64,000 nt of DNA from Acanthaster planci (GCF_001949145.1 NW_019091361.1:310001-374000); one strand, 5' to 3'. Shown: positions 26,016 through 40,264, counted from the first letter of the stretch. Program-made: numbers and translations. Notes: generated from the sequence alone by a model not told the origin.

Positions 26016-28515
26016 AGTCTCCGGAGCCGCAAAATTTCATGCAGTGAAGTATTAAAGTGTCCACCAAGGATTACATTTGAAGCAGTAGATTCACTCAGTG
26101 TTGAAAACAACAAAAACTGTTGGACACAAGAATGTAATGATTGACATTTAGCAGCTGTGTCACCAAGTTTCGTTGGAGTTTTCAACACACCTCTGTTAGG
26201 ATTCAACTTCGATGGGTTTTTGTGGAAGTTTGTGAATGTGCTTGCCTTTATTCACTGAACCAAGTACTTCACAACAGGCATCAGTACAACTCGGTTTAGA
26301 TCCTTTTGTATCTTTTCATACATACTCGTGAAAAGCACAATAAAAAGGTGTAGATTCGGCCTTATCACCGTATATTAGACCTCGTTTGGAATGTGTCTAT
26401 GAAGAAAACAGGATCGTATCACCCGACACCTGTCTGCATCATTTTGCGAATTGATTTCCCTCAAACATAGACATTCCGCTTTATAACGGCCAGTGAAGCT
26501 TATTCAGCCGGACGAAGGAAGTATACTTTGGTTTATTAACTTTAATTCCTTGTATGGTTAGCAGGAAAACTTTGATTGACAAAAACGGTCGGATTAATAG
26601 AACTTAAATACCGGTAAGCTTTGAGAGTATGCGGGGCATAGTAAGTTCCGTGTCGGACTCGTTAATTTCTTGAAATTCTCCCACGTTAACGCATGCGGAA
26701 ATAAAATTTCACGTATGGCAAAAATGCTGATGAAGTTTTTCCAACAGAGAATAAAACCGGATGGAGTTTTAATTTAAGCATTTTAGAAAGAAACTTTTGA
26801 GGCTAAAATTGTTCAGAATAGGATAAATTCCGAAGATCGGACTCAGAAGGGACCAATGTAGCCGCATCCTAGGTGATATAAGGTCCCATCTTCGAACGAA
26901 TGCGCTAAACTTGATCTGACCTGCTATGGAAATGTCATTCAAGACTGTCAGTGCTTTGTACTTAGACACAGAGTTAGTTAACGGGCTGTCTCTATCTTTT
27001 TTCTAGTCTAATGCCTGTAAATAATTGTGTATGAGTATCCGTTATGCGGACTTCAGTGTTTTATTCTAAAGGACGCGATCCGCTCCACTTCTAAATCTTG
27101 TGCAATTAAACAAAGGGCACTCATTGCAAAAAAAAATGAATTATAGCTCTAGTGTTTCGGTATCAACAGTCATTATAATTCTGGAGGAAGTTTTGGACAT
27201 AATGGGTGGTCTATGCGCATTCTTATTCAAGCAAGAGGAGCCAACTTGGGAAGGGTGCACAGCCACACGCTGCCTCCACACCACCGAGAAAAACTTTATG
27301 GATGTGCTATCCGACTACGGGAAGCCCAACCGCCTCGGGATTGCCATCCATGAACATACAAGTTAAGATATAAGCAAGTGTATGGTTGTATACTGCAGAG
27401 GATCGTTTGTTTGGATGACCTTAAGCCCCACAGGCTTGACATCTTTTGTTTCTGCAAACATGACCTAAATGCCACCTGTATTTATTTGCCATTTTGTTTG
27501 ATAGCGAATACCGCTTTTTTTTATTCTGCAGAAGGTAGTTGATAACAAAAAGGAATGAAAATACAACGGATAGATAAACTAAAAACAAGGTGTTGTGATC
27601 AATTTAGTTATTCCAATTTGAGTCATAACAATTTGTCTAAGGTAGTTTTGTGGCTAAAAACATCTAAGTGACGTTGCAAAAAATTACCAATATAGGACGT
27701 GTGAAAATCATATTCACGCGCTTTGTCGTGATATCATCAAAAAGGATGACGAATAAATAAGTCATGTCACGTGAACTTATTTATTTGTAACTGCTGTAGT
27801 ACGATCGTCAACTATCCTCGTGTTATTTCCTCTAAGGTGAACTTTTCTACCCTCTCTACTAACAGTACTTCCGCATTACAAGCCAAGGTATCGCGTCAGG
27901 GGTACTGACGAATCACAACCAAAATAATTTCAATGTGATCGTTTTGGTCAATTTCAGATGAAGTTATTTCAAGTTTTGTATTCATTAGAAACACGAAGAA
28001 GCGAAAGGGTAAAATGAATTCCAGTTAAAACTGCTGAGCACAATTTAAGTTAGGAGCTAAATAAATTATTCTAACCATCCTTTTCACAAGCGCGTATACA
28101 AACCGTAACCAGGGGAGGGGATAAAAGCCATTTCTACTTAAAACAAATGCGAATAATTATGATAACATCAGAAAAAGAGTTAAGCACGAATGCTCTGTAC
28201 TCTTGCGAAATGATTAAAAGAAGTTAAATGGTCAGCCCTTATATAGAGCAGAGTTAGTACAAACTGCCTGGAACTTTTTTTTCAGAAAACAAAACAAAGC
28301 AAGAAAAACAAAACTGTTGATATTGATAACAAAAACCTGAATAATTGATAATTAGTCAGTTTGGTTCTCTTTTTTGTAAATAAATAATGTCACATCCCCA
28401 ATAGCAGTAGCTATTCCACATTTCAACTCTATGGAACTTTTTTTGTCTCAAGCATTTTGACGGGCCACCTTCAGGTGAGAATTAACATCTTGCGATAGTT
28501 GACTTGGGGCTGGAG

Positions 28516-28818
28516 CAGTGACGTATCCCGCGGGGGGGGGGCAGGGGGCAACTTGGCCCAGGCTCCCCCAACGTTTAATTTTTATAAAAAGAATATATTT
28601 TATATGTGAGTAGGGATGAAAGTATATCCATTCATCAAATATTAGCACCAAACCCCTAGGAAAACAACACCAGCAAACAAAAGCAAGGATGTCAGGACCG
28701 TGAGTGAGACTTTGGATTTTTTTCTCCCCCAACATCATGTTGAATGAGTACCAAGTCGCATTCGCTTCTAAATTTGCCCCCCCACACACACACACACTAA
28801 AAGCTGGATACGTCGCTG
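28516..28818. mobile_element. Non-autonomous hAT-like MITE
   Basis: TIRs cagtgacgtatcc / ggatacgtcgctg; flanks ggctggag (28508-28515) and ggcttgag (28819-28826) match 7/8, consistent with an 8-bp TSD. Confidence 0.75.
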
Positions 28819-29369
28819 GGCTTGAGTGCACTAATTTAAGAGCTCATTAGCATGAAAACTGCCTCAAGGTTTCTTTTTTTTAAAGGACATTGTTTGGCCA
28901 AAAATAATTGGGACTGTGTAAAATATACATAGATCAGGATCAACTTTTTAATTCCTGGGGCTCCCAATCGATGATACAGATGATAAAATTACGGTTCAAA
29001 AAATAGTCCAATGCCCAAGAAAATAGAGAGATGTCATATGAAAAGTGGCTGCGAGAAACTATCACTTGGGGGGTATGAGTTGGTTTTCCTGGAATAATTA
29101 AAACAAGTATTGGCTAACCCAACAAAACGTTTAAAATTGATGGAAAGATAAAAGACAAGATGACAATTTTAATTTTGTTTGGCAAACTCCAGTAATGTCG
29201 GCTTGCATGTTATTGTCCCCTGAACGTTGTTGATTTTACATTGGTTTTAATGAGGCTTGAAATGCACTTCACCCTTGGTGTCCGAGGCAACTCAGAGAGA
29301 TTTCATGCCAAATTGGCTGTCTAGGGGATGGATGACATTCTCATACTGTTGCAGGCGGATAGGTAGGAC

Positions 29370-29570
29370 CAACAGTCTCAAGATATTCGGACATACACTA
29401 CGACAACCATCTTTAGTTGTGCCCACTTCCAAGTCTAAGGTCAGTAGCACCTTGAACGTTCCTCAACCCTAGACACTGATAAAGTGAGCTAATTGCCCAG
29501 ACTTGTTAATTTTTACCGTCGTTTAATCTTGGAGTGTTCTCAGGTGTTCGATCCACTCAAAGAAATCAGT
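29370..29570 (+). mobile_element. Decayed Ty3/gypsy pol fragment (RT thumb/connection region)
   Basis: Translations LKIFGH...PTSKSKV....VPQP and LVNFYRRLILECSQVFDPLK resemble the gypsy motif LGH..P...KV..I...P.P...GLVNFYRRFI...S.I..PL; interrupted by stops and a frameshift. Confidence 0.6.
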
Positions 29571-31510
29571 ATCGATGTCATGGAACATATCTGTCACAGC
29601 TTCGTTTGTAGAATCCCAAGCAGACGCCAGGAAGAGTCCGGATGGATGCTTCAGATCTTGCAGGATCAACAACGATGCCCTTAATAATTCTTGGCAGTCA
29701 ATCCAAATATTTCAACCGGCCAAGAAACACTAAAATCCAATTGTAGGATTCCGTTTGCGATGGAATTCTGTGCATAACCCCAGAAATTTTGTGCTACTTA
29801 ATAGGCTCAAAGGTCGGAAGACAAAGCAACATGCATGCACGAATAAGTGAAAAACACGTAAAATACGTTGTCACAACGAAGCGGAATTTTGCATTTGGCG
29901 AGAAATTTAATTGCGGTGTCGTTGGTCTGACAAAGCGTTAGCTTTCCACGTCCAACTTGGTCTTATCGTCGCGGAGGTATTATGTCACGTGTATATGACC
30001 TACTGAAAAGTCAAGGAACAACAGACATCCAGCAAAATTATGTTCAGCGTTCTCGTAACCAAAGCAGGGTGATGACATTAGATGCAGAGATTGGTGCAAC
30101 TATACAAGCATACTCGAATAGAGGTTTAATCACTTCCATAAATTAGAAATATTTTATCATACGTACCTGTATGTGCTAAAGATGCTCATACTTTCTTGAT
30201 GGCTGATTGCAAAGGTATTGTGATGAAATCTGTTGAAGCAGGAAGGCTTCACATTGGTGGGTTCTTGTCGCGACCAAACTCTTCAAAACGTAGAGTAAAC
30301 CCCTTTTTCTGATGCTGATAGCTACGAAAATGAATCGTCACATGCATGACCTTGTTGGAACAGAGCAGAATCACCTTTTGCCAAAAGTTGAATAGGTTTC
30401 CTAGAACGAAAGGAAACACCAAGAATAAAGTCGAATTCTTTAGCGAGCGAATTCACAATCAATAGGCCCTAAGTGAACAAAAAGCTGTTTATGAGGGGGT
30501 GAGACCTGAATATGCTTGCTGTTGAATTATAGCCGAGCAAAAGCAAGAAAAAGTTTCAGTAGTGATTTCGTTTACTGGTTGCCTAAGTTCAAAAAGACGT
30601 GGTGGAGATTGAAAGTTGACAGCAGGAAATGACGAATGTGATTTACAATGACGCTTTGCAGTGTGAAAAGTATGGGTCAATTTCTGTTACCATTCACGAG
30701 ACTGTTACATAACTATAAATATAGGGGGTAGCGCGGGTCACCTATTAACCCCCAAATTAAAGTGCCAGACGCGTAACGTAGAGTCCCCCCCCCCGGGGGG
30801 TGCTGAAGCTCTTAACCCACAAAAAACTAGTTCACAACCGATTACAACTCCTTCTTATTTAGATACCATTGTGTTAACACTTTTGCTGGGAAACAACAGT
30901 TGCGACGTTTGGTCATAGACAAGCCGAATACCTTGCTCAATCATGATGTGTACACAGCAAAACTCTCTGTTACCTGAACGGTATGGGTAAAGTCAAACCA
31001 ACATATCGTTTTTATTTCAGCTTAAATTGAGTGTAAAAGCCTCATTAAAAAACTATCGTGCAAATTCACTCGAGGATTACAAAATAAAAACAAACAAACC
31101 TATCACTAAACAATTTCATAGGGACGACGTTATTTAGGGGAAGGTTTATTGTACTTTTCCCATAATTAACAGATTTCATTAGAGAGTTCATTCTTGATTC
31201 TTGTTGTAGGCCAACAGTTTCATTTGTTCTGTACACCGTGACACATTTCAATAGTTTCTTTGTTTACTTATTTAGAGGAAAAATTCAACATTTTTTCATC
31301 TTCGCTATCGGTATAAATACTGTAAACATTACTCGAATGGAAAAACATCCAGCTCTACTTCTAGGGAATAGGGGGAACTATCTCCCCAACTGGAAAAACG
31401 CTGACAATACGACGATATAAATAGTGACTTGACGGTGTTTGGGGCAAGCATCTTCCGTCTTTCTTACCGCGAAGGAAGAGGAAGTATAACTACAGCTACT
31501 GCTCCCGGAT

Positions 31511-31560
31511 TTGCCCGATTCAGAACGTTAGGAACTTGCCCGATTCAGAGCGTTAGGAAG
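31511..31560. repeat. 25-bp tandem duplication (2 copies)
   Basis: ttgcccgattcagaacgttaggaac / ttgcccgattcagagcgttaggaag. Confidence 0.9.
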
Positions 31561-31977
31561 GAAATACAAAGTGCTGTGTGTTTGCAGGAAGTGATAGGAA
31601 GTTAGTGTCAGTAAGTTTAATGGTTTGAATGGAAGCGGTGGATAAAAAGGGGAGGAGCTACAGAGCCGCAACAAGGGGTGAACAATCTTATCTCATGATT
31701 CTGTTCTTAACTGATCTATAATTGCAAACTGCGTCTTGTGATAGAACTTTATTACACGGAGGTTTATTTGTGTTTTCTTTTTCAAACACCCGTTTATGGT
31801 GAAGCGGAGTTGCAGTCCCATGGGTAATTTTGAAATTGCTCTTAAAAACGTTTTTACCAAATCTTTTGGTCATTTCTTATTTAGAAGCATTCACATTTCA
31901 GTGGTTACGGAAAGCGTCCCCCTTTCTTTCTGATTTATCCGACACGCCCAAGATGGGCAATCTTTTTGGGCAAAAAC

Positions 31978-32189
31978 CAGTGGCGTGTCCAAGTCTTAGG
32001 TCGGGGAATGGAACTTTTCGTCTAAAATGACGGTCCATCCTCTTTAAAAGTCCTAGTGACCTAACCCCCGGTACTTGGTGGTATACCGGTACCACTGGGG
32101 GAAACTGTTTGTAAATAGTGCCAATTTCGATTAAAAAAAAACCGGAAACATGTCCCTGTGGATCCTCACCCTTGCTGGATACGCCACTT
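31978..32189. mobile_element. hAT-like MITE with the same terminal motif as 28516-28818
   Basis: cagtggcgtgtcca ... tggatacgccactt. Confidence 0.55.
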
Positions 32190-33034
32190 ACAAGAGCAGT
32201 CGTTTTGATAGGGAGTAGTTGTCAGCGGTCCGATAATTAGAGCTCAGGTAACCAGTCTAATAGACTTTCTTTTATTTCTTGTCAATTCTTGATTTGGATC
32301 TTTTCACTCTGACGAAAATAGCAATCACGTGGGGGTTAAAATTCTTTTATAACATCAGTACAAGATTTGTCCTGTAGGAACTGTACCTTAGAAGCGGCTG
32401 TCCCAACTTCTGATCTGACCCGTGGGTTGACTAAGTAACTTGAGTTACAAAAATGCGATCTTGACAGAATAACCAAAGTAGAGGCACACAAGTTTCGTCA
32501 AAAGCAAGCACGTAATATAAGGTAAGTTAAAACGTTGGGATTGAGGGCCAAATAAAAAGTATATATTTTCTTTTTGTGCGCCAACGACTTATTTCAATGT
32601 TGCTTTCAAAAAGAGGCATGGGGATATTTTTAATTAAAAAGTGGAGTGTCTTAATGGCGTTAATAAAACACAGACAATATACTGTTACGTGGAGTATCTC
32701 ACCTTTCGTTTTAATTCACTATTTCAGTGACTACAGTGTATGTGGATAGCTTCGTTTATCAATTACAGAGATTTTAATTAATTGACAAGTGCATATATCA
32801 ACGGGGTATGTTATTATTTTGGTTTGTGAAATATTCCTAGCCATTTTTTGTTATTCCTGAAGTTCCTGCCACTCTCTAAAACCGTACTTATTGCTGTAAT
32901 ACTCGGGTGTGATAGTATACTTCTTTTTTACAAGAAATGGGTTTGTCAGGGAAATCCATTTATATTGAAAGAGGAAAAGACATTTTAGTCGGACATTTTG
33001 ATAAAAAATGACAAACAAACTAGATGTCACGATA

Positions 33035-33178
33035 CTTCAGACCCAGAGTAAGGGAATAAAGCAAAAATATCCCTTTTATGCTAATTCAGATAAAACTTCA
33101 GATAAAACCTATATCTTCAGACCCAAAGTAAGGGAATAAAGCAAAAATATCCCTTTTATGCTAATTCAGAAAAAACTT
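33035..33178. repeat. 80-bp-period tandem duplication (~1.8 copies)
   Basis: cttcagaccca(g/a)agtaagggaataaagcaaaaatatcccttttatgctaattcaga.aaaactt at 33035 and 33115. Confidence 0.9.
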
Positions 33179-33980
33179 ATTCTGTGTAATAAGACACATC
33201 AATAAATTAATTTGCGAGTAACATTACACACATTACGCTATTAATCCAGTAACTTTAATAGATACTATAGATAAATAAATATATCGGTAAAATACTTAGT
33301 GTAGCATGTAGCGACTGATGCTAGTAAATAAAATAAAATTATAAACAAAATATCTACACACGTAAAGGGAAATATATACCCTTTTCATTGTACAATACAT
33401 GTAGTGGAATGCTATGCACTACACCATGAGCCCAAGCTAAATCAATATAGGGTGCAAATTTCCTTGCAACGGTGGCTCCTTTGGTCAGACCTGCGCTTCG
33501 CTGGTTTACGAACGATTATGAAATGCATGCGTAACGGTCGCGTCGCTACCAGCAAAATGAACACGCCCGACAGACCTGGATCTAATCTGAGGGAGGGGGT
33601 TGGGCTTCTGCTCAAAGCAGATACACAACTCTCCACAGTGATATAACGCGACGGAAATTTAGCTGTATAATTACAGAAATATACTGTCAAATTGAAGAAG
33701 CTTTCTCTAAGCGCAAATTGAAGCACGCCGTACAATCTGCACACTTGTTGCGATTAATGACACACATTAACATGCATGTTTATTGTTCGAATACTCTGCC
33801 ATCAGAAGAGCTACTTCAGATCATGGAATTAGCGACCACTGAAAAAATCGTCTGTGATGGCCAATGTGCGCCCTCATAGTGATTTGTTCGCACAGTAGTT
33901 CATTCGAAAGCATGATCGTCTTAGGTAGATTTCCTTCATCGGTAGGATATAAATGGACCAATCTATGCGTCCACCGATTG

Positions 33981-36900
33981 TCATGTGCCTCTCATCTCAT
34001 TGTTACAAGGACACAGCCTAAAGTGGTCGTCCACCATCTTCTCTAGTTCACGCTTTTCTCGTAGCAACTGCTCCTTCTGTTGTATCAATTCATTTTTTCG
34101 AGATTCCAGGTTCACCATTGACTGTGAGGGGACAAAAACATTAAAATGTTTAAAATGAAAGTAAGAAAATATTTTTTGTCATTTCATTTCTCTTACTGAA
34201 GGGCTACTTAGTCTTGGGAAAAAAGTACAAAGACAGGTCTTATGTTCATTGGAAGGAACAAAAGAAGATAACTTGAAGTAACTCCTGGTAATCAGATATT
34301 AAGCTATTCATGAAGATTATTTCTGATACATCGTTCTGCTTATAACGATTTTGTGAAAACGTCTTAGAATTTTTGGCCCCCCAAACGAGTTTGGTCCCAC
34401 CGAAACTTCAGTTCTGGATCCACCCTTGTGCCGTCCATAGTGTAATCCTTCCAATAATAAATGGTATAAGTTTCTTTCCCAATGAAGATTGAAGAAATAT
34501 CGTTTAATTCTTTATCAAAGCGACTCTTCCTGGTTTGTGCATGACCTTGCCTCCTGGACGAGATTTACAAAGTCTCATTTATTTGCAAGTTTTACAAAAC
34601 ACTTCCGAATATATTTTCTGTAATGTGTTATTACAGTATTGAAGCATATCAGTAGTTACGTTTTTCAAGTATATTAACCATCGACGTGTGATACAACTAA
34701 TAGCCATCCTTCTTCCCAGCGATTGCAAAAGTTTGTTGAAGAATACAAGGGCCCGTAAAAGCTAAATTGAACCTTAAGAGGACATGGTATTTTATTGTAC
34801 TTTTTCATCTTCGGGAGCAATTATTAGCAAAAATAATCGTTTTATTTCCAAACAGACGTCCCAACTGCACACCTCACAGTATGTTTCTGTGGAAATTAAG
34901 TATAAGTAGCCTATATGGTGGGCGCTTTCAAGTTCTATACAGGCTCTATCGTCGCCTTTTTTATTGCAATAAACTCCAAGCAAGCATAGTAAGCGACATG
35001 TCACAAACCAGTGCATAGCAAAAGAGTGATCCCAATACAACGCTGAAAACAAGGCTGTATGTGTGAGCTTCAATTCTGAATACGATCAGACGACTGAAAG
35101 TAAGGAATGAAGACACAAAGTACCTAAAGGTATGTTAAATTCAGACTTTTCAGGCTGCAAATTTTTGTGGAAGAATCTTTCATGATGACTGGACACGTGA
35201 AATCAAAAGAAAAAATAACGACAATTGACCGCGAACTAACGTACCTGCGATGGTCGTGTATCTTGTGCAGTGGGCGTGGTTTAAACTGAGGTGGTGTCAC
35301 ACTTACGAACCGCCTACTGCATGTACTGTGTGGACTCCGCGTGTGCGCGCGACAAAGTTCAACACAGAGAGCCTCGATTTCGATGCAAAGTATGCGCAGA
35401 CAGCGCTAATGTGAAATCCCTCTATATCTGATTTGCCCACACGTACACCTGGCGTTAGTTGGTAGAATATTTTGACTAATCGATAAGACATGAGGCTGCA
35501 TGGCAATACAATGTGTGACTACTATTAAAGCATTTAACAAGACATACCTGCTCAAGTTCCTCCATGTGTTTACGTCTCTTAGCCCGACATCTGGCGGCAG
35601 CCTCTCGGTTTCTATTCTTCCGATCTTCCCTCTTCGCTTGTTCCTCTGGAGTCAGCTAAAAGGACCAAAAAGAAGATTGGATATTTTACGGACAAAACAC
35701 TCGACACTGACCTATGCACATTTTGTGCAGAACGGTTTTCCTCAGCAAAACCCTCTGTTGGTGGCGCGCTTTCTACTTACAGGCTTAAAAGCAACATCCG
35801 TGGATCAGTGTGCAACGACAGTGTAGTCAAGGGGATAATGCTTTGTCCGACATGACTCAAAAAGTCACATCAGTGCTATTTCACAATACCCAACTATGTT
35901 TTCGTCATCCAGCAGGCAATTCGCCTACAACCATATCCAACACAAGTATGGTACTAATTAATTTCATCTCTTAGTGTTTCAGAGCTTTCAGATTGTTCGA
36001 AATTGAGTGACCGAGCACCGCTTACTTTTAAACGACAATTCTCGATGAATGAAGCCCTTGGTCCTATTTGCACTTCTCCACCCCCGGGGGGCTTTTAAGC
36101 AGAGGACACATTCCGAAACATCTGTCCTTTTATCTGACGACCCAACCCTAAGGGGTAATAAAGAAGTTCTGCTCAATTTTATCAACCTGCACCTGATCAT
36201 CCTGGTATTTTTCCTTGTCATAGTCCTCCAAAGCCAGGTCCAACACGCCTCTCTGCCATCGACGCTTCTGGATATTATTCCGCAATTCTTCCTTGATCAA
36301 GGGAAGTAGGTCGAAGTCTGCATCCGACTGCTCCGAGTCGTTACTTATTGACCTGTACAATGAACCTGTTGAACACAAACAGATGATGAGAAAAGGCAAC
36401 AGAAAAAGAGGACAATCAATAGCAATTTGATGGCACGCCAACGAGGCACATTTTCATCCTATGCCACACGATGATGAGGCGCCAAGAAATGGATACTTCG
36501 AATAGCACGCTGTTCCCGTGAGTACTCGCAGCATCTTGAGAAACTTTGCAGCAAGTAGATCTCTGAGACCAACATTTGCCCAAGCTGTTTACAGGATAAT
36601 ATTGTCATAATGTACAGCGTCTGGTCTCAATGAAGCTGCGGATGGTGATTTGTAAACCATCTGATGAGAGAGAACAGGGAAGATTGGCCGCCCCTGTTGT
36701 GGTCATCACTGGTTTGGGACATTGCCAGCATAAATTAAAGCACGACAGATAAACTTTAACAATACTGATGAATGCAAGAAACGACCAGGGAATTGAATAA
36801 ACTTTTAGATAGAAGGAAAAAAATGATTTAAACACACGAACCCACAGCATCCATAGAACTACCCACTGTATACCGGCGACTTCCAACCTGCTTTCCACCT

Positions 36901-38018
36901 TGAGCTGTGCATTGCTGAATGAAACTAGAGAGTGACCTTATTAATCCGATCTATTTTTATAGAGGCCTACATGTACAAACTTGCCAAATGCCAATTGTAC
37001 ATGCGCATTAGGTACAGTCAGGGAATTATTTATGTACGTGTATCATGCTAAATCGATGACGCTTTCTATTTATAGAAACTGCTTTCCGGACTTTGTGGTA
37101 ACAGATTGAAAAAACAATGTTTCACCTGATTATTACTCTGTTACTCTTTCTAACCACAACAAACGAATACCCAACGCTCCACGGAAACTACGTGTTGGAC
37201 ATCAATGTTGTTTGCTTCAAATGACACGAACGCTCATTTCATCATAATTATGCTTAAGTGCTTGGAGTTATAAACACTAATCACTTTGACAGCTTTAGCA
37301 CCATACCCGTTCTTACCGAACTTCGCTAATCAACATGTTTTGTGTGTTTTTTGTTTTTGTGTTTTTGTTTGTTTGTTTGTTTGTTTTTTGGTTAAGTTTA
37401 ATGGTGGTTCCCCATTGAGCACACGAAGTCGGACATGCCTAACTCGTCAAATCTTAGTGCCGGCCCTCTTTATTCAGTCCACGGCCAATTTCATAGAGCT
37501 GCTTAAGCACAGAATTTGCTTAAAAAACCTTGCTCAATAAACAACGGTTACCAGCTCAAAATCTAGGCTATGTGGTTGTCATATTAAGCCAAAGACAGGT
37601 GAATACCATTCCAAACCAATATACATCACTTGGAGTTTTGGCTGGTAACCTGATTTGTCAAGCAAGGTTGTTTCACACTTATGCAAATTTTGTGCTTAAG
37701 AAGCTCTATGAAATTGGCCCCGGAAAACTCTATTCCCCCAATTAAATCAGAAAATTAACCATTGTTATTTGAATGTTACATATCCTTACCATGTTGTCCT
37801 GCACCGTTGCCATTTGATTGCAGAGGTTGTAAACAAGCTGCTTTCCTTTGCGGAAATCCTTTATCAATCAGATGCTTAGCGTCACCATCATAACTAGACT
37901 CCCCAAAGAGATGTCTTGGAACTATCGCCGCCCCTTGGACATCCTGATTTTCGTTCGACACCGATCGCCAAAGACTCCTGCGGGACCCTGTTGGTAGCTT
38001 GCTTGCCGATGATGACAT
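33981..38018 (-). CDS. Divergent ATF3-like bZIP factor (cluster gene C), ~216 aa; coding exons 38018-37790, 36365-36193 (donor may be 36187), 35655-35548, 34121-33981
   Basis: MSSSASKLPTGSRRSLWRSVSNE...GQH G|gtaagg (phase 1) joins cag|GT-SLYRSISNDSEQSDADFDLLPLIKEELRNNIQKRR..., carrying the ATF3-type P..KEELR..I motif. Then tag|LTPEEQAKREDRKNRNREAAARCRAKRRKHMEELEQ|gtatgt (108 nt) and cag|SMVNLESRKNELIQQKEQLLREKRELEKMVDDHFRLCPC...*. An acceptor at 38130 implies an upstream exon. Confidence 0.87.
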
Positions 38019-39351
38019 TCTGGATGCTGGGAACTTGGTTGGTGAAATTCTGTACGAAGATGTCCCTCCTTTATGGAATACAGCTGTACCGATGCAGTTT
38101 CTGACGGTGTTGTGGTTCGATGACGGTCTTCTGTTACAAACAATACATAAACAGAAGCAGAACAATGAAAACACAGGAACGAACTTTGTATTCTATGCAT
38201 TAATAATCGCAGTCGTAAGTAAATAAACACAAAATGGCGATGTTCAAAATTGTACACATCATCACAAATCTTCGTCCATCGGCTGATTTGATTAATTCGA
38301 AGGTCGAACGTTTTCATTCTTTTCACAACGCACAGTCCACTTAGGAATGTTCTAGAAGTAGAAAACGACTTGCTGAATCTGCGCTCGGGCACGGGGAATT
38401 CTAGGTTTCCTTCCTTGACAGAAATCAAATTATTTCTCATGATGGGGGAGGGGAATTTGTTAAAGCTTGATCAATATTTCAACATTTTATGTGTTAAGGG
38501 TATTTCCCAAGTTCCCTGGACGGCTGCCAACAAAGTAGTTGCGGCACTCTTCACTGCTTAACGTCCGTTCGCTCGCCCCCCCCCCTACAGACGTTGGGAG
38601 GGGCTATTCTTGCATGACGTAATTTTTATCGAGCACTCATTGGACAGAGTTCATTTGAACCAAATAACATGGGTCAAAGTTACAGCGTGCGCATTGCACG
38701 TGCACATGATGAGTGTGCGCGTTGATTGGGATAGCAAGTAACCCACAGTCCTTTGGTGTCGGTAGCTGTGACGTATTTCCGAAACAGGATGTTGTGAAAG
38801 ACATATGCATATCTCAGTTCCCAGTACTGATAGAGGGAGAGCAAACTTGGGTCCAACAACTCTGTGGAATGGGTACATCTGCTACACGTGACACTTGTTA
38901 CCTAGAATGTCGCTTGTGATGAAAGACTGCACTGCGTGAAATTGCAAATATTCTACTAACAAATTTCAATAAAATTGAATTTAATCCCGATTCTACAAGG
39001 GGGTATAGAAGGTTGCGCCACACGTTTGAAAAACTGAAGAATTACTCAAACAAAATGAGACAATTGTGACGGTCCCACGGAGTGTGCATGCATGTATATC
39101 TGGCTCCCCAAAACAAAATAAAAAACTGACAATATAAGAATATGAAGCCTATTGTAAATTGTAAAAAAGGCACATCGTCGTCACACAAGTCCTAACATGT
39201 ACATGTATACATGCACTACGCGTTTGACAACTTTGTCATCGTACGTTGTGTGTACAGTACCCGTATGTCTATTTACAGTCCTCTTGCTACGCTCACACTA
39301 CCCACGCTGCTTGCCAGTGAAGTAATAATGCTGTGCTAGCTTTGCCTCTCG

Positions 39352-39565
39352 CTTATAAATATTTTCAGTGTATTTTTCCGCAACTGAGTGTGCGCGCCGA
39401 CGTGGGACCCTTTGAACTCAATTCCAGCACAAAGCCTCCCAATTCAATGCTAATCGCATTGAAAACGTATAGGAAAACATGACTCATCAGTTTTGCCGCG
39501 CGTCTCTCCTGTGACGTGTCACGGGGCAAGGATGCACACGTAGGCCCACACAAAAGGGGATTTCA
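39352..39565 (-). promoter_or_regulatory. Candidate promoter of gene C
   Basis: TATA-like TATTTATAAG (~39361-39352), AP-1 TGACTCA (39480-39486), TGACGTGTCA (39512-39521), CpG-rich context. Confidence 0.5.
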
Positions 39566-40264
39566 CAACACTGTGAAATCTCCACCTTTACGGAGGGGGG
39601 CAAGGTTATTTTTTTCCACAGTACTTAGTCGGAATAATTTCCAATTTTTCCGTAAAATGTCACAGGACTGTATAAAGAAATTTCTAAAACATACCAAAAT
39701 AAAATTCAGTAGCAATTGATTTTAGTTGACTTTCATTGTTACCGAACAGTTGTAGTTTTATTTTACTAAAAGTGTAGCATATATACTGAATCGTGACTCG
39801 CTTTGCAGTCATTCATGTATGGCATTTGAAAAAATAAAAAGAAACATATAGGCCTGCAGTCTCGAAATACTCAAAAGTATTTACTATAAAGTGAAAATAA
39901 CGTAAGCATCTCTTCAAGTAGAGCATTGTTAGAGAATGGTTTGAAGGTGCATTTTAAGGCGTCTAATCACTTTGTTTCAGCTTTTTCATACTCTAGAATG
40001 GAGAAGATGGCGGGTTATTGTAAAGCAAGTCATCACAGAAATCGTGTTACTTTCATAACATCCATGATCGACCTTCAAGATTTCATAATACGCTGAGCAA
40101 CTTAACCTATATCACAAAGGTAATATTGAAATATCGCCAACCTGTTATCAGTAACAGGAAAACTTTTCACCAGATGATTGCGAAATAGGCACCTAAGCAG
40201 TTCAAGACTCTGTTAAACTATAGCTACGAAACATGAGAACTTCATTGAAAAATTGCCTGGGTTA

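Noticed and set aside
25576..26055. 159-aa plus-strand ORF (also 45505-45774, 59164-59412, 59879-60205)
   Set aside because: Antisense shadows of the real minus-strand bZIP exons.
27100..27366. 88-aa ORF upstream of gene D
   Set aside because: Non-ATG start, no identifiable domain or flanking exons.
37922..38440. 172-aa minus-strand ORF
   Set aside because: Mostly intronic and out of frame with the supported gene C exon; no motif.
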